In this document: positions 1 through 12,276 of the stretch, one piece after another
Numbering within the stretch: the stretch's first letter is position 1
How the letters are laid out: each line of letters starts with the position of its first letter
Source: Malacoraja senta
Lineage: Eukaryota
Direction: 5' to 3'
Assembly: GCA_038087875.1 (NCBI GenBank)
Contig: CM075996.1
Span: forward strand, 2,606,012 to 2,670,000
DNA: 63,989 bases
The notes under the pieces: generated by a model
Database searches by the model: none
Told to the model about the DNA's origin: nothing
What the model saw: only the letters and a program-made list of their open reading frames with translations
Position numbers and translations under genes: made by a program

Positions 1-357
1 GTCCCACCATCCCGGAATTAAGGTCGTGAACCTACGTTGCACTCCCTCAATAGCAAGAGTGTCCTTCCTCAATTTAGGAGACCAAAACTGCACACAATAC
101 TCCAGGTGTAGTCTCACCAGGTCCCTGTACAGCTGCAGATGGACCGCTTTGCTCCTATACTCAAATCCTCTCATTATGAAGGCCAACATGCCATTCGCAT
201 TCTTCACTGCCTGCTGTCCCTGCATGCTTACTTTCATTGACTGATAGGACACCCAGGTCTCGTTGTACTTCCCCTTTTCCTAATCTGACACCATTCAGAT
301 AACAATCTGCCATCTTGTTCTTGCCTCCAAAGTGGATAACCCCACATTTATCCACAT
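1..357 (-). mobile_element. CR1 LINE fragment
   Basis: Homologous to the 14165-14530 region, reverse strand. Confidence 0.85.
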
Positions 358-681
358 GGTGTAGGCAGCCAGTGAAAGGCAGTTGAAGATAAACATTTGT
401 TTAACTACACGTTCGGTTGTGCTTCCCCACACAGGCAGCCCATTCCACGATGAAGAAGGTGAGAGGGGTTTGAAGTATTGGATACATGGATAGGAAAGGA
501 TGAGAGAGAGAGGCAGAGGGATAAGAGTCAAGCATGGGCAAGTGAAACTAGCTTCAATGGGGCTAGTCAGTGTGGATGAGTTGGGCCGAAGGGTCTGTTT
601 TCATGCTGCACGACTGTGACAAGACATTTGCCTGGGGTAGTGGTTCGGTACAGAGGATGCAACAACATGACTTAGACTCAC

Positions 682-792
682 CTTCTGTGGGTTTGCTAGC
701 AGCAAGACCTGTGTAATTGCGGAAGGTGGAACGATAGGATTGAATGCTGGCAGCTCGGTGCCAGAGGGAGGCTGTAGTTTCACCTTCATGAC
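682..792 (-). CDS. GGA1: GGA1 exon 16 (VMKVKLQPPSGTELPAFNPIVPPSAITQVLLLANPQK), GAE
   Basis: TTTCAG| acceptor, |GTGAGT donor, 111 nt. Confidence 0.96.
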
Positions 793-2031
793 CTGAAACA
801 CAGCAATTGAGAATATTTCTTGTGTAGGGAGGAACTGCAGATGCTGGTGGAAACCAAAGACAGGCACAAAAAGCTGGAGCAACTCAGCGGGTCACGCTGC
901 ATCTCAGGAGAGAAGGAACAGGTGACGTTTCGGGTCTGAAGAAGGGTCTCGACCCGAAAACGTCACCTATTCCTTCGCTCCATAGATGCTGCCTCACCCG
1001 CTGAGTTTCTCCAGCATTTTTGTCTACTAACGTTATTGAATCAGTCTTAAGAATATTTCTTATTTCCCTGCACAAGAAACTCAGCGGGCAGAGAATTCTC
1101 CAGCTGAGTTTCTCCAGCATTTGTGTACCTTCGATTTTCCAGCATCTGCAGTTCCTTCTTTAACACAACTATTTATATCCCCCACTGGTTCTCCTACCAC
1201 CCACCTAAACTGGGAGCAATTTAGATTAACCAAAGTGGATAACCCCACATTTATCCACATGGTGTAGGCAGCCAGTTAATCTATCGGCAGCTCAGTGGTA
1301 CTGCTGCTGCATCACCGTGCCAGAGACCCGGGTCAGATCCTGACCCCAGCTGCTGTGTGTGTGGTTTGCATGTTCTCCCTGTGTGTGACCGCGTGGTTTT
1401 CCTCTGGTTTCCTGCCACATCCCAAAGTTGTGCAGGTTTGTAGGTTAATAATTGGCCCTCTGTAAAACTGAAGAGAGGGAGAATGTGCAAACTTCACACG
1501 GACAGCACCCGAGGTCAGGATCGAATCCGGGTCTCTGGCGCCGTGAGGCAGCAGCTCCACCCGCTGCGCCACAGTGATGCCGCTTCTCCTGTGGGATAAT
1601 CCACAAGGGAACTTGGGAGAAGTGTTAACGAGCTGCTATTTTGGCTGAAATAACTCGTACAATGATTCAACAATGTCAAATAATAAAACCTGCTCCAGAT
1701 TCAGGGACAGTTTCTTCCCAGCTGTTGTCAGGCAACTGAACCATCCTACCACAACCAGAGAGCAGTGCTGAACTACTATCTACCTCTTTGGAGACCCTCT
1801 GACTATGTTTGATCGGAATTTACTGGACTTGCACTAAACCCAATTCACATTATTCCCTTTATCATGTATCTATACACTGTGGACGGCTCGACTGTAATCA
1901 TGCATTGATTTCTGCTGACTGGATAGCATGCAAAAGCTTTTCACTGTACCTCGGTACACATGACAATAAACTAAACTCAAATGTATATTTCGAAAATTAA
2001 AGAATTTAGAAGGTGTTGGAGCCCACCTCAC

Positions 2032-2201
2032 CTTCGGAACAGCAGCTTGGAATCTTATATTTTTCACCGTTTGTGGTGCTGTGCTTATCATAGACGTAAC
2101 CACCACCAACACGTCAGGCTGGCCAGGAGGGGGGTCCTTTGCAAAGTGAAAGAGAATGCGAAAACTATTCTTATCGTACACCGTGACTGGTAAGATGCTA
2201 C
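2032..2201 (-). CDS. GGA1: GGA1 exon 15 (SSILPVTVYDKNSFRILFHFAKDPPPGQPDVLVVVTSMISTAPQTVKNIRFQAAVPK), GAE
   Basis: TTACAG| acceptor, |GTGAGG donor, 170 nt. Confidence 0.96.
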
Positions 2202-3720
2202 CTGTAAGAAGGAAAGAAGATGATGTCAATGGACAGGTGCAGTGAAATGAATTTGTCAGCAACGACACACTCAAAAAGAACACACAGTACACAATAAGAT
2301 TCAACACAAACATCCACCACAGCATTCACCACTGTGGTGGAAGGCACAAATTTCAGCCTGTCCTCCTCCTTTGTTCACCCGTGGTCGGGGCCATGAACCC
2401 TCCGCAGTCGCCGTTACGGACAGCCCGATGTACAGGCCCTCTCGTCGGGAGAGATATTTATATTCTGAAATACCTCTGCCACATAATACACCTCTGGTGT
2501 TATAGAATGAATGAATGAGTATTTTATTGTCACATGTGACAAGTCACGGTGATATTCTTTGTTTTGCGTACGTGAGGTATGCAAAGGGTCGCCACATAAA
2601 GGGCACAAAGTTATAAAGTATCCCGCGACAGGTCCTCCTTTGTTTCCCCCCTCCCCCCTCACGGCAGTCCCCCCCACACCAGTAAGGTATAACACTCTAA
2701 GGTAGAAACAACAAGCTGGAGTAACTCAGCTGGACAGGCAGCAAGACTGGAGAGAAGGAATGGGTGACGTTTCAGATTGAAGAAGGTTCTCGACCCGAAA
2801 CGTCACCCATTCCTTCTCTCCAGAGATGCTGCCTGTCCCCGCTGAGTTACTCCAGCATTTTGTGTCTACCTTCGATTTAAACCAGCATCTGCAGTTCTTC
2901 CCTTCCCCTCCATAACATTCTGTCGCATAATATCCACCCATACCACATCATCCATTCGACATCCACAATCACCCATGTTATATCAACACCACACTAAAGT
3001 ATAGCGTATTATTCCGTAGAATCCTACTTCAATAGGTTGAAAAAAAACCACAGGAAGGAGTCCAGAACTGCAAGCCCGAGTTAATTTTCCTTCATCATTA
3101 AAATAAACCGTGACTCATCTGTGCCTTCCGAAAAGTTAGCAATTTGTCCTACTCTATCCCTTAACTCCTGCAAAATTCTCCCATCAAAAAATATTTTTTC
3201 CAATCCCTCTTTGAAAATTACTGAACTAATTTCCATCGTGCTTTCCAGTTCTAAGTCAACGAACCCGTCGGACTCAACCCAAAACATCACGCATTCCTTC
3301 TCTCCAGAGATGCTGCCTGACCCGCTGAGTTACTCCAGCATTTTGTGCCTGTCTTCGGTATAAACCAGCATCTGCAGTTCCTTCCGACTCCAGCACTTTG
3401 CATCCTTTTGTGTAAACCAGCATCTGCAGTTTCTGGTTTCCAAACTTCATTTGTTCAGAACAATCCCGACTTCACAAAATCGTACAGAGAACAGCAAAGC
3501 ACAATGTGCTGCCGGACCTCAGCGAGTCAGGCAGCATCTGCGGAGGGAATGGACGGGTGATGTTTTGGATTGGAACCCTTGTACAGCCTGTCCACTCCTC
3601 CACGGATGCTGCCGGAGCAGCAGGTTCTTCCAGCAGTTTGTGTTTTGCTCCAGATTCCAGCACCTGCGGCTTCTTGCGTCCCCATAGAGTACGGGTTGTG
3701 AAAACTATTTAGTTACTCAC

Positions 3721-4049
3721 TTGGTTTTATAGACTCTAGAGGTACTAAAACATTTGTTAGCGATATATCCTGGTGAGACAGCAGCGATGATTTGAGACCA
3801 GAGTGAGCGCCGCGTTGTCCTAAGCTTGAGGCACCGGCAGAAGCCGAGGCAAGTAAAGAACCATGCCCAAACACCGGTGGCTGATCAGGGTGAGGGGTAA
3901 GGCCTGTAGGAGGGATCGGTCTTGTCAAGATCGGTGAGACACTCTTGGTCAAGGCAGGCAAGCGTGGCATGGTGTCCATGGCAGATGCGGAGTTAGTGCC
4001 TGCTTTGTTCTGGAGATCTCGAAGAGTTTGCCTTTGCTGAGGAGCCGAC
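3721..4049 (-). CDS. GGA1: GGA1 exon 14 (SAPQQRQTLRDLQNK...ISLTNVLVPLESIKP)
   Basis: TCACAG| acceptor, |GTGAGT donor, 329 nt; TLRDLQNK and VPLESIKPS match GGA1. Confidence 0.92.
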
Positions 4050-4476
4050 CTGTGAATAAGACAAGTAAAGTATGAAGAAATGTGTCAGAGATGGAGATGG
4101 TCACACCTGTATCCCATGCCAAACAGAACTTCATTGGCACTTGATAGCAGCCAAGGTTCGAAGCAGCAGCTGATAATTTTGCTCTATTGATGGATTATAA
4201 TCTCAATACTTTTGTGGTCGAAGTTATCATGTCATGTCTAAACAGTGGAGCATTGTAGTTTGTGTTGCTATCAGTTAGGAAGGATCCAACTGTTCTGAAG
4301 GGAGACCAAATGTGAACACAATACACCGGATCAAACTTCAGTCTGAAGAAGGGTCTCGACCCGAAACGTCACCCATTCCTTCTCTCCAGAGATGCTGCCT
4401 GACCCGCTGTGTTACTCCAGCATTTTGTGTCCATCTCCGGACCTACCTATCACTTGCCAACTCTTGCCACACCTAT

Positions 4477-4608
4477 GGGGTGGGAGATTGCAAACTTCAC
4501 ATGGTCTGCCCTGTTTCGACGAATGCAATCAACCCGGCATGCACAATCAAATAGAACAAGTTGTCCTACAACTTTAGGCTGTGCACGCCATACGCAGGAA
4601 GAAGAGAA
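4477..4608 (+). mobile_element. Short retroposon with 5' HDV-like ribozyme and (AAG)n tail, copy 1
   Basis: 11-bp TSD GCCACACCTAT (4466-4476 / 4609-4619); homologous to 19722-19865 and 25724-25862. Confidence 0.85.
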
Positions 4609-4805
4609 GCCACACCTATCACTCTTAACTCTCTCTCCTCCACTCTCAGTTCAGATGAAGGGTTTTGGCCCAAAATGTGGACTGTCCATTTCCTTCCACA
4701 GATGGGGCACAAAAAGCTGGAGGAACTCAGCGGGTCAGACGTCACCAAGTTCTTCCAGCACAAACACAGACTCATTGTTGATGGCACCACTTGTCTGTCC
4801 CGTAC

Positions 4806-5011
4806 CATTTAAACTGTTGAGATTCTGGAGGCAACGACTGCTGAAGGAGAGTTTTCCCCAACATATCCAAGTCGTCCAAGGCTTTACTTCCAGTGCTGGC
4901 AGCCGGGTTTTGGTGGCAGGCAGTCGAAGTAGCTGGCTTCAGCAACTCCGTAGACATCATACTGGCTTCCACAGAGGATGCAGGGCCACTCAGCTCATCA
5001 GACTCGGCGGA
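4806..5011 (-). CDS. GGA1: GGA1 exon 13 (SAESDELSGP...DDLDMLGKTLLQQSLPPESQQFKW)
   Basis: CTCCAG| acceptor, |GTACGG donor, 206 nt. Confidence 0.92.
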
Positions 5012-7122
5012 CTGGAGAGGATACAAATGAGACTTGTTCTTATACAGAAAAGAATCAGGATAATTGTACATCTCACACACAGAAACAGGCCCTGCAGCCC
5101 AACTTGCCCATGCCATCCAAGACACCAAGGATGTTCTTTTAGGAAGGAGATGAGGAGGAATTTATTTAGTCAGGGGGTTCATTGCCACAGAAGGCTGTGA
5201 AGGCCAAATCAGTGGATATATTTAAGGCAGAGATCGATAGATTCTTGATAAGTTCGGGTGTCAGCGATTGAGACAGGAAAATGGGGTTAGGAGGGAGAGA
5301 TAGATCAGAAAGCTGGAAAAGAGATGGAGAGAAAGCTGGAAAAGAGATGGGTGCGGGACGGAATGATAGGTGCAGTATGGAACTGCAGTTGCTCAGCGGG
5401 GCAGTCAGCATCTCTGGAGAAAAGGATTAGGTGATGTTTCGGGTCGAGACCCTTCATCAGACTGAAGATAAGACACATACCGCTGGAGTAACTCAGCGGG
5501 ACAGGCAGTGTCTCTGGATAGAAGGAATGGGTGACACTTGAAGTCAGTCTGAAGAAGGGTCTCGACCCGAAATGTCACCCATTCCTTCTACCCAGAGATG
5601 CTGCCTGTCCCGCTGAGTTACTCCAGAACTTTGTGTCTTATCTTCGGTTTAAACAAGCATCTGCAGTTCCTTCCTACACCCTTCTTCAGACTGCCTGACC
5701 CGCTGAGTTACTCCAGCATGGGAGCTGGGAAATGGCCGATATTAAATTTCTGAATAAGGTACTGTCGATATAAGGCACATAGATTAATTATAGTGATTAC
5801 GGAGTATTGGTTGCTTTTAACAAGATGGCTCAGGCTTTGACCACCAAAAGCATATTGAAACGAGAAAACAGTGACACTTATTGTACGCCCAGCTTGCCTG
5901 TCATCTGAGATCGGTCAGCAGTGTGAATTGCACAAATATACACAGCTGGGCTGGGTGGGAACTGTGCAGAAACATGTAGGGAGGAACGGCAGATGCTGGT
6001 TTAAACCGAAGATAAGAGACAAAATGCTGGAGTGACTCAGCGGGACAGGCAGCATCTCTGGAGATAAGGAATGGGTGACGTTTCGGATCGAGACCCTTCT
6101 GCGGACTGACTTCAAACGTCACCCATTCCTTCCATCCAGAGATGCTGCCTGTCCCGCTGTGTTACTCCAGCGTTATGTGTCTATCTTCAGTCTGAAGAAG
6201 GGTCTCGACCCGAAACATCACCCGTTCCTTCTCTCCGAAGATGCTGCCTGCCCCGCTGAGTTACTCCAGCATTTTGTGTCCATTTACTGTGCAGAAACAT
6301 GCAGGATCCACCGGATAAAACACACCCACGTGTGTTTATTAGATAAACACTTCAAAATGGTAGAAATATGCACACCCACAGCAGTACAACTTGCAGGCTG
6401 GGAAGCCAAAATAAGATATCGCAGCAATTTAATTAGCAGCAGCAAAACAGCAGTACAGCTTTTAAGACACAAGTTTCTCAACAAACCTAAAATGTAAGAT
6501 ATTTAACTGCACATTGGTAATTCAAAACATAGTTTAAATAATAAATATTTGAATGATCATAACATAGTCCTCATATTTCCATAGCATACTTCAGATCTCT
6601 TTTAAGAAAAATCAAAGTGCTCTACCATCACCTCATCACCTTTGAAGATTTTACCTGCTGTAATATGGGGGTGGGGTGGGAGGGGGAAGAAGGGAAACCA
6701 GCTCCTACGAATTACAATGCATAATAATCATTCTTTTTAACTACCAGCCAGGGCAATAGTGCTAACTCAGAGTCATACCGCACGGAAACAGGCCCTTCAG
6801 CCCAACTTGCCCACGCCAACTAACATGCCCCATCTACACTAGTCCCCCCCCCCCCCCCCTCCCCTTCCTGCATTTTATAATGCTCTGAAGGTTAATTTTA
6901 AGCATATGGGGGAAGAGGTTTCCATCTAGTATCTAGGAGAGACAATAAAACTCTCGACTCTTGAAGAAAAATATATTCAGATCTTCATCCTGAAATATGT
7001 TTGTTTTTTTAACTTTAGATGTCACAATGCTGTTATTATTCTTTAAAATAGAGATATGACCAGGTACATTTTCAAGATTAAATGAAGAAAAATAAAAAGA
7101 GATCCAAGCTTTGCACTCTTAC

Positions 7123-7196
7123 CTGAAATGTATTCCAATTGCTTGAGTCGACAGCCTGCGATGTGGACATTGTATTGGGGACTAGGTCATTCAGCC
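7123..7196 (-). CDS. GGA1: GGA1 exon 12 (GLNDLVPNTMSTSQAVDSSNWNTFQ)
   Basis: CTGTAG| acceptor, |GTAAGA donor, 74 nt; WNTF equivalent to human WNSF. Confidence 0.9.
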
Positions 7197-7296
7197 CTAC
7201 AGATAAAGGAATAGAAATATTAACAGGTTTATTTTTATTAAGCAGCGTATTTTGGGGCTTAGATGTTGCCCAGGGTCTGAAGAAAGACCCCGACTT

Positions 7297-7950
7297 GAAA
7301 CGTCACCTATCCATATCCTCCCGAGATGCTGCTTGACCCGCTGAATTACTCCAGCACTCTGTGAAACGTCACCTATCCATGTTCTCCACAGATGCTGCCT
7401 GACCCGCTGAGTTACTCCAGCACTCTGTGAAACGTCACCTATCCATGTTCTCCACAGATGCTGCCTGACCCGCTGAGTTACTCCAGCACTCTGTGAAACG
7501 TCACCTATCCATGTTCTCCACAGATGCTGCCTGACCCGCTGAGTTACTCCAGCACTCTGTGAAACGTCACCTATCCATGTTCTCCACAGATGCTGCTTGA
7601 CCCGCTGAGTTACTCCAGCACTCTGTGAAACGTCACCTATCCATGTTCCAGCAGCATCTATGGAGCGAAGGAAATAGGCAACGTTTCGCCCGAAACCCTT
7701 CTGGGTTTCGGCCCGAAACGTTGCCTATTTCCTTCAGGGTTTCGGCCCGAAAGGTTGCCCATTTCCTTCGCTCCACAGATGCTGCCTGACCTGCTGAGTT
7801 ACTCCAGCACTCTGTGAAACGTCACCTATCCATGTTCTCCACAGATGCTGCTTGACCCGGTGAGTTACTCCAGCACTCTGTGAAACGTCACCTATCCATG
7901 TTCTCCACAGATGCTGCCTGACCCGCTGAGTAACTCCAGCACTCTGTGTC
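7297..7950 (+). repeat. 66-bp tandem array of a Penelope pLTR segment, interrupted by an inverted pLTR piece
   Basis: Period 66 (GAAACGTC at 7363, 7429, 7495, 7561). Confidence 0.85.
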
Positions 7951-8138
7951 TTAACAATATACATCAGAGAAATAACAAATGCTACACAAAGAGACAGAAA
8001 GACACTTGGCAATTTAGGGCGCAGGCAACCAGTGTCACGATTAGAAATAATGGCAAAACAGTTAAAGGTCCGTGATGCCCAAAAATCACGAAACGGAAGG
8101 GTCCAGAGATCTGAAAGGATTTATGGCCAAAGGAATCA

Positions 8139-8174
<36 letters not shown>

Positions 8175-8631
8175 GACAAAGAAAAGCTAAACTTACCGAA
8201 TAGTGGGTAGAGTGGATAGGGTGTTTCCACTAGTGGGAGAGTCTAGAACCAGAGGTCATAGCCTCAGAATTAAAGGACGTTCCTTTAAGAAGATGAGGAG
8301 GAATTTCTTTATTCAGAGGGTGGTGAATCTGTGGAATTCTTTGCCGTAGAAGGCTGTGGGGGCCAAGTCAACGGATATGTTTAAGCCAGAGATAGATTCT
8401 TGATTAGTGCGGGTATCAGGGGTTATGGGGAGAAGGCAGGAGAGAATGGGGTTAGGAGGGAGAGATAGATCAGCCATGATTGAACTGCGGAGTTGCCTTG
8501 ATGGGCCGAATGGCCTAATTCTGCTCCTATGATCTTAAAGAAGGGATGTTTAAATAATTAGAGCCTGCTGAGTAGGTTAGCAAGTCATTGATCTCGGCAA
8601 TAGGGGAAAGAATTGAGGAAAATGTTCTTAC

Positions 8632-8787
8632 CTAATGACATTAATTCATCATCTAGTAATGATATGGAGCCGCTGAGATCTGGTGCGAGCTCTGCATTCC
8701 AATGTTGATTAGCGGGAGCAGCAGGGTAGGATGGGGCATTTGATCCCGTGTCCAACCCACACAGATCTAGTAGAGCAGAGCGGCTGG
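8632..8787 (-). CDS. GGA1: GGA1 exon 11 (ASRSALLDLCGLD...SGSISLLDDELMSL), hinge with autoinhibitory acidic-dileucine-type motif
   Basis: TTCCAG| acceptor, |GTAAGA donor, 156 nt. Confidence 0.93.
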
Positions 8788-8856
8788 CTGGAAATAATGA
8801 CACAATTACACCACGTTAATATTCTCACACCTGCCCCAGTAAAGTGACAATGCTAA

Positions 8857-11646
8857 AGGGCCTGTCCCACTTGCATGCAATTGCGTGTGTGGCGTACCTA
8901 AGACGGTGTGACCACCTCGATTTAATTTATTTGATGGTGCATTGGCAGTTTATAATGTGCAGCGGTGAGGCAGAACGTCGGTGTCACTCCAGTTGCTGCG
9001 GGGACTGGAAACAGCAGGGCACTTCCCCTATCTCGGCAGAAGCAATCTGGGGATGAATTAAGACGCACCGTGTCCTCATTTGCTATCTCTCACCTGCTTT
9101 TATACAGGTTATCTATCTGCCTTACGGTGCCCATTCCTGGGACCCGTAACAGATCGTGGGGCCTCGTCCGGGATCGGCGCCACTTCCTGGTTGGAGCTGG
9201 AGCTGATCAACAAATGACACCTGAGACCGAGACAGGGCTGATTCGAGTTGAGTGCCGAGAGCGGTGAGTCGGAGCAGAGACTGTGCCATTCCTGAACTAT
9301 GATCCATCGTGAAAGACGGTGAAAAGCTGCTGCCATGTCAGAGAGTGGGAGGAAGAGCCTAGTGTGGGACATTAGGAAGTCACTGCTCACCTTGTCAGCT
9401 GCAAAGCTCTTTCACATCGCCAAAGAGGTGGGTTCAACGTCAGATTGGGACTTGTCTGAACTCCATGAAGGAGACCATGAAGGCTGCTTCGATAAAATCA
9501 GTTCATTCATGTACAGTAAGCATTTGTTAGAGTCAGAACACAGTGGAATGTCTGAATTGTTGGGTTTGAAAGATGCTATTGATGATATTGTAAAGACCCG
9601 AAATGTATTGTGTTTGCCAGAGCTAGAAATACAACCCATAGGTGCTCATGGAGATACTGCTAACCAAAATGTTCCAAGTCAGTTCTACTTTGCCAAACAG
9701 TGATGCTTTCACATCTGACCCAGTACTACCTACTGCTGTATCTGACTCCACAAACGCAGAGTTACTGGCAATGCTCACTAGCTATGAGGAGCTTGGTAAA
9801 AGGCTGAAACAAAGCATTATGGTACCGACAACTCAGTCATCAGAAGACTCTCTGCCATTAGCAGCACAGGCTAATAAGTCTCGAAGTGACTCATCATACC
9901 ACAACCCGACAGTTGTCCGACCCATTCGAGAGGGGATGATTTCCATAAGAGATCTCTCCTAGCTCCAGAGAAGGGAGTTTAAGGTACAAGGGGGCCAGGT
10001 TGGTGATCATTCATCAGACATCAGTTATAACAATGTCTGTAAGCAAATAGAGGAAGGGACCAATGTCAAGTGCAAAAGGACCAAGGTCAAGTGCAAAAGG
10101 ACCAAGGTCAAGTGCAAAAGGACCAAGGTCAAGTGCAAAAGGACCAAGGTCAAGTGCAAAAGGACCAAGGTCAAGTGCAAAAGGACAAAGGTCAAGTGCA
10201 AAAGGACAAAGGTCAAGTGCAAAAGGACAAAGGTCAAGTGCAAAGTGACAAAGGGCAAATGCAAAGTGACAGAAGTCAAGAACGGATGGAGCTCCCAAAT
10301 ATCACCTGAAACGGACTTGAGGCCACCAGAAGCTGAAATACAGACAAAGGATCAATGGAAAAGACACTTAACAGATGAGGGCGAACTACAACAGGAGGAT
10401 GATCAGGACATTCCCCATGACACTGAACAAGATGAGAAGATTGTGCAGGCGGACCCCGATGTACCTCAGATGGAGGACGAGCAAGAGTTGCCTCCGGATG
10501 CAGACCTCGAGGAGCACTCTCTCTCACACTCTGAATCTGGATCCCCTGTTACACTGAGACGGTCCACAAGGGAAAGACGGCCAGTCCAAAGGCTCACCTA
10601 CTCATCTCTTGGTCATCCGACCTATCAACCATTTCCTGCTGTGAACACTATTGGCACGTACCTCATGCCCTATACTCACCCACTGTACAGGCCATCATTC
10701 CAGTGTGCACCCATGGTCCAATATTCATACTTGCCATGTACTGTACAGGGTTATTGAGAATGCACAGTGGTGATGTAATCAAACTAGTCATATATTTTTT
10801 ATAGTTGAAGATTTTGAATATTGTAAATATTTTTGAGTCTGTGAAAGACTGTTGATTATTTCCAATGGAAACTTGCGATTTGAACTAAGTGTCAGGAGCC
10901 ACGTTTGTTGTTGGGGAGCGTGTGGCGCACCTAAGACAGTGTGACCACCTCGATTTAATTTATTTGATGGTGCATTGGCAGTTTATAATGTGCAGCAGTG
11001 AGACGGAACGTCTGTGTCACTCCAGTTGCTGTGGGGACTGGAAACAGCAGGGCACTTCCCCCATCTCGGCAGAAGCAATCTGGGGATGAATTAAAACGCA
11101 CCGTGTCCTCATTTGCTATCTCTCACCTGCTTTTATACAGGTTATCTATCTGCCTTATGGTGCCCATTCCTGGGACCCGCAACACGTGCGTTTGGCGCGA
11201 CCAACCTGAAGCGGAGTTCGCGCTAAGTTCGCGCGTGACGTCATTTGCGTCATGCTTACAAATCAGCTGGGCAGGAGGCGGGCCGACTGAATTTGGGCTG
11301 TCGCGCAGCGTCGGGCGGCGACGTCATCACGCAACGTCACGCCGGGCGGTGACGTTATCACGCAACGCGCTAGGCGTACGCCGTCAAGACGCTGCGTACG
11401 ACGTCAAGACGCTGCGTACAACGTCAAGACGCCTGCGTCCGTACGCGGGCCGACAGGCCTTTGGCGCGCGAAGATTTCGGTCACCGCAGGAATTTCGGAG
11501 CCCCGCGCGGTGTCGGGACCAGCCCCGCACAACTCCGCGCTTCTAAGTGGGACCAGCCCCGCGCGGCCATACGGTGCCCGTACGCCTCAAGCGACCACGA
11601 GGTCGCGTAATTTGCGAGCCAAGGTCGGGTAAGTGGCACAGGCCCT
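8857..11646. mobile_element. PIF/Harbinger-type MITE hosting the LTR element
   Basis: TIRs AGGGCCTGTCCCACTT / AAGTGGCACAGGCCCT with TAA TSD; CpG-rich internal palindromes. Confidence 0.8.
8888..11184 (+). mobile_element. Internally deleted, non-autonomous Gypsy-type LTR retrotransposon
   Basis: 264-bp LTRs (8888-9151, 10921-11184) with TG...CA ends; 4-bp TSD CGTG; PBS TGGGGCCTCGTCCGGGAT (9157-9174, tRNA-Pro type); purine tract before the 3' LTR; disrupted gag-like ORFs (REFKVQGGQVG) and a pol C-terminal tail (LRRSTRERRPVQRLTY); no RT/IN core. Confidence 0.9.
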
Positions 11647-12129
11647 TAAATAATTGCGGTGCATCACAGCATGGTTTGGGAACAGCTCCATCCAAGACCG
11701 CAAGGCTTCCAATAAAGGCGGTCGCTTGTTATCCTCTAACAGAGTGTTTCGATCGTCATTCAGTTGAGACATTACAATGTGATGTCTGTGTGGAGTTTGC
11801 ACGTTCTCTTTGCGACTGCGTAGGTTTCCTCCATGTTCTCCGATTTCCTCCCACATACCAAAGACGTGCAGGTTTATAGGTTAATTTAGTTTAGCGATGG
11901 CTGGATAGAAGGTATGGGTGACGTTTCAGGTCGAAAGAAGGGTCTCGACCCAAAACGTCACCCATTCCTTCTCTCCAGAGATGCAGCCTGTCCCACTGAG
12001 TTACTCCAGCAAGTTAGTGTTCATCTTAGTTTACCCTGACATGTTGGGCACGGACATTGTGGGCTGAAGGGCCTGTTCCTGTGCTGTACTGTTCTACGTT
12101 CTAATCGCAGCCACACGATAAACACGTAC

Positions 12130-12237
12130 CTTTAATGCTCGGCGTATCAGTCACCCCATTGATTTCTTCGCCCCTCACTATCTTCTTGTACGTGTTAATG
12201 ACCTGCGTTAAGTTGTCATTCGCTTGGAGGATTTCAG
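12130..12237 (-). CDS. GGA1: GGA1 exon 10 (AEILQANDNLTQVINTYKKIVRGEEINGVTDTPSIK)
   Basis: CTCCAG| acceptor, |GTACGT donor, 108 nt. Confidence 0.95.
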
Positions 12238-12276
12238 CTGGAGAAAAAAACATTGAAAGCAAGCTTATGAACTAAT

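Noticed and set aside
8783..8789. Alternative acceptor 4 nt inside GGA1 exon 11 (CCAG|CCAG|)
   Set aside because: Using the downstream AG would frameshift; only the upstream site keeps the GGA1 frame.
9335..9962. Domesticated gag-derived host gene
   Set aside because: Frameshift and in-frame stop, still between intact LTRs with a TSD; behaves as a decaying element.
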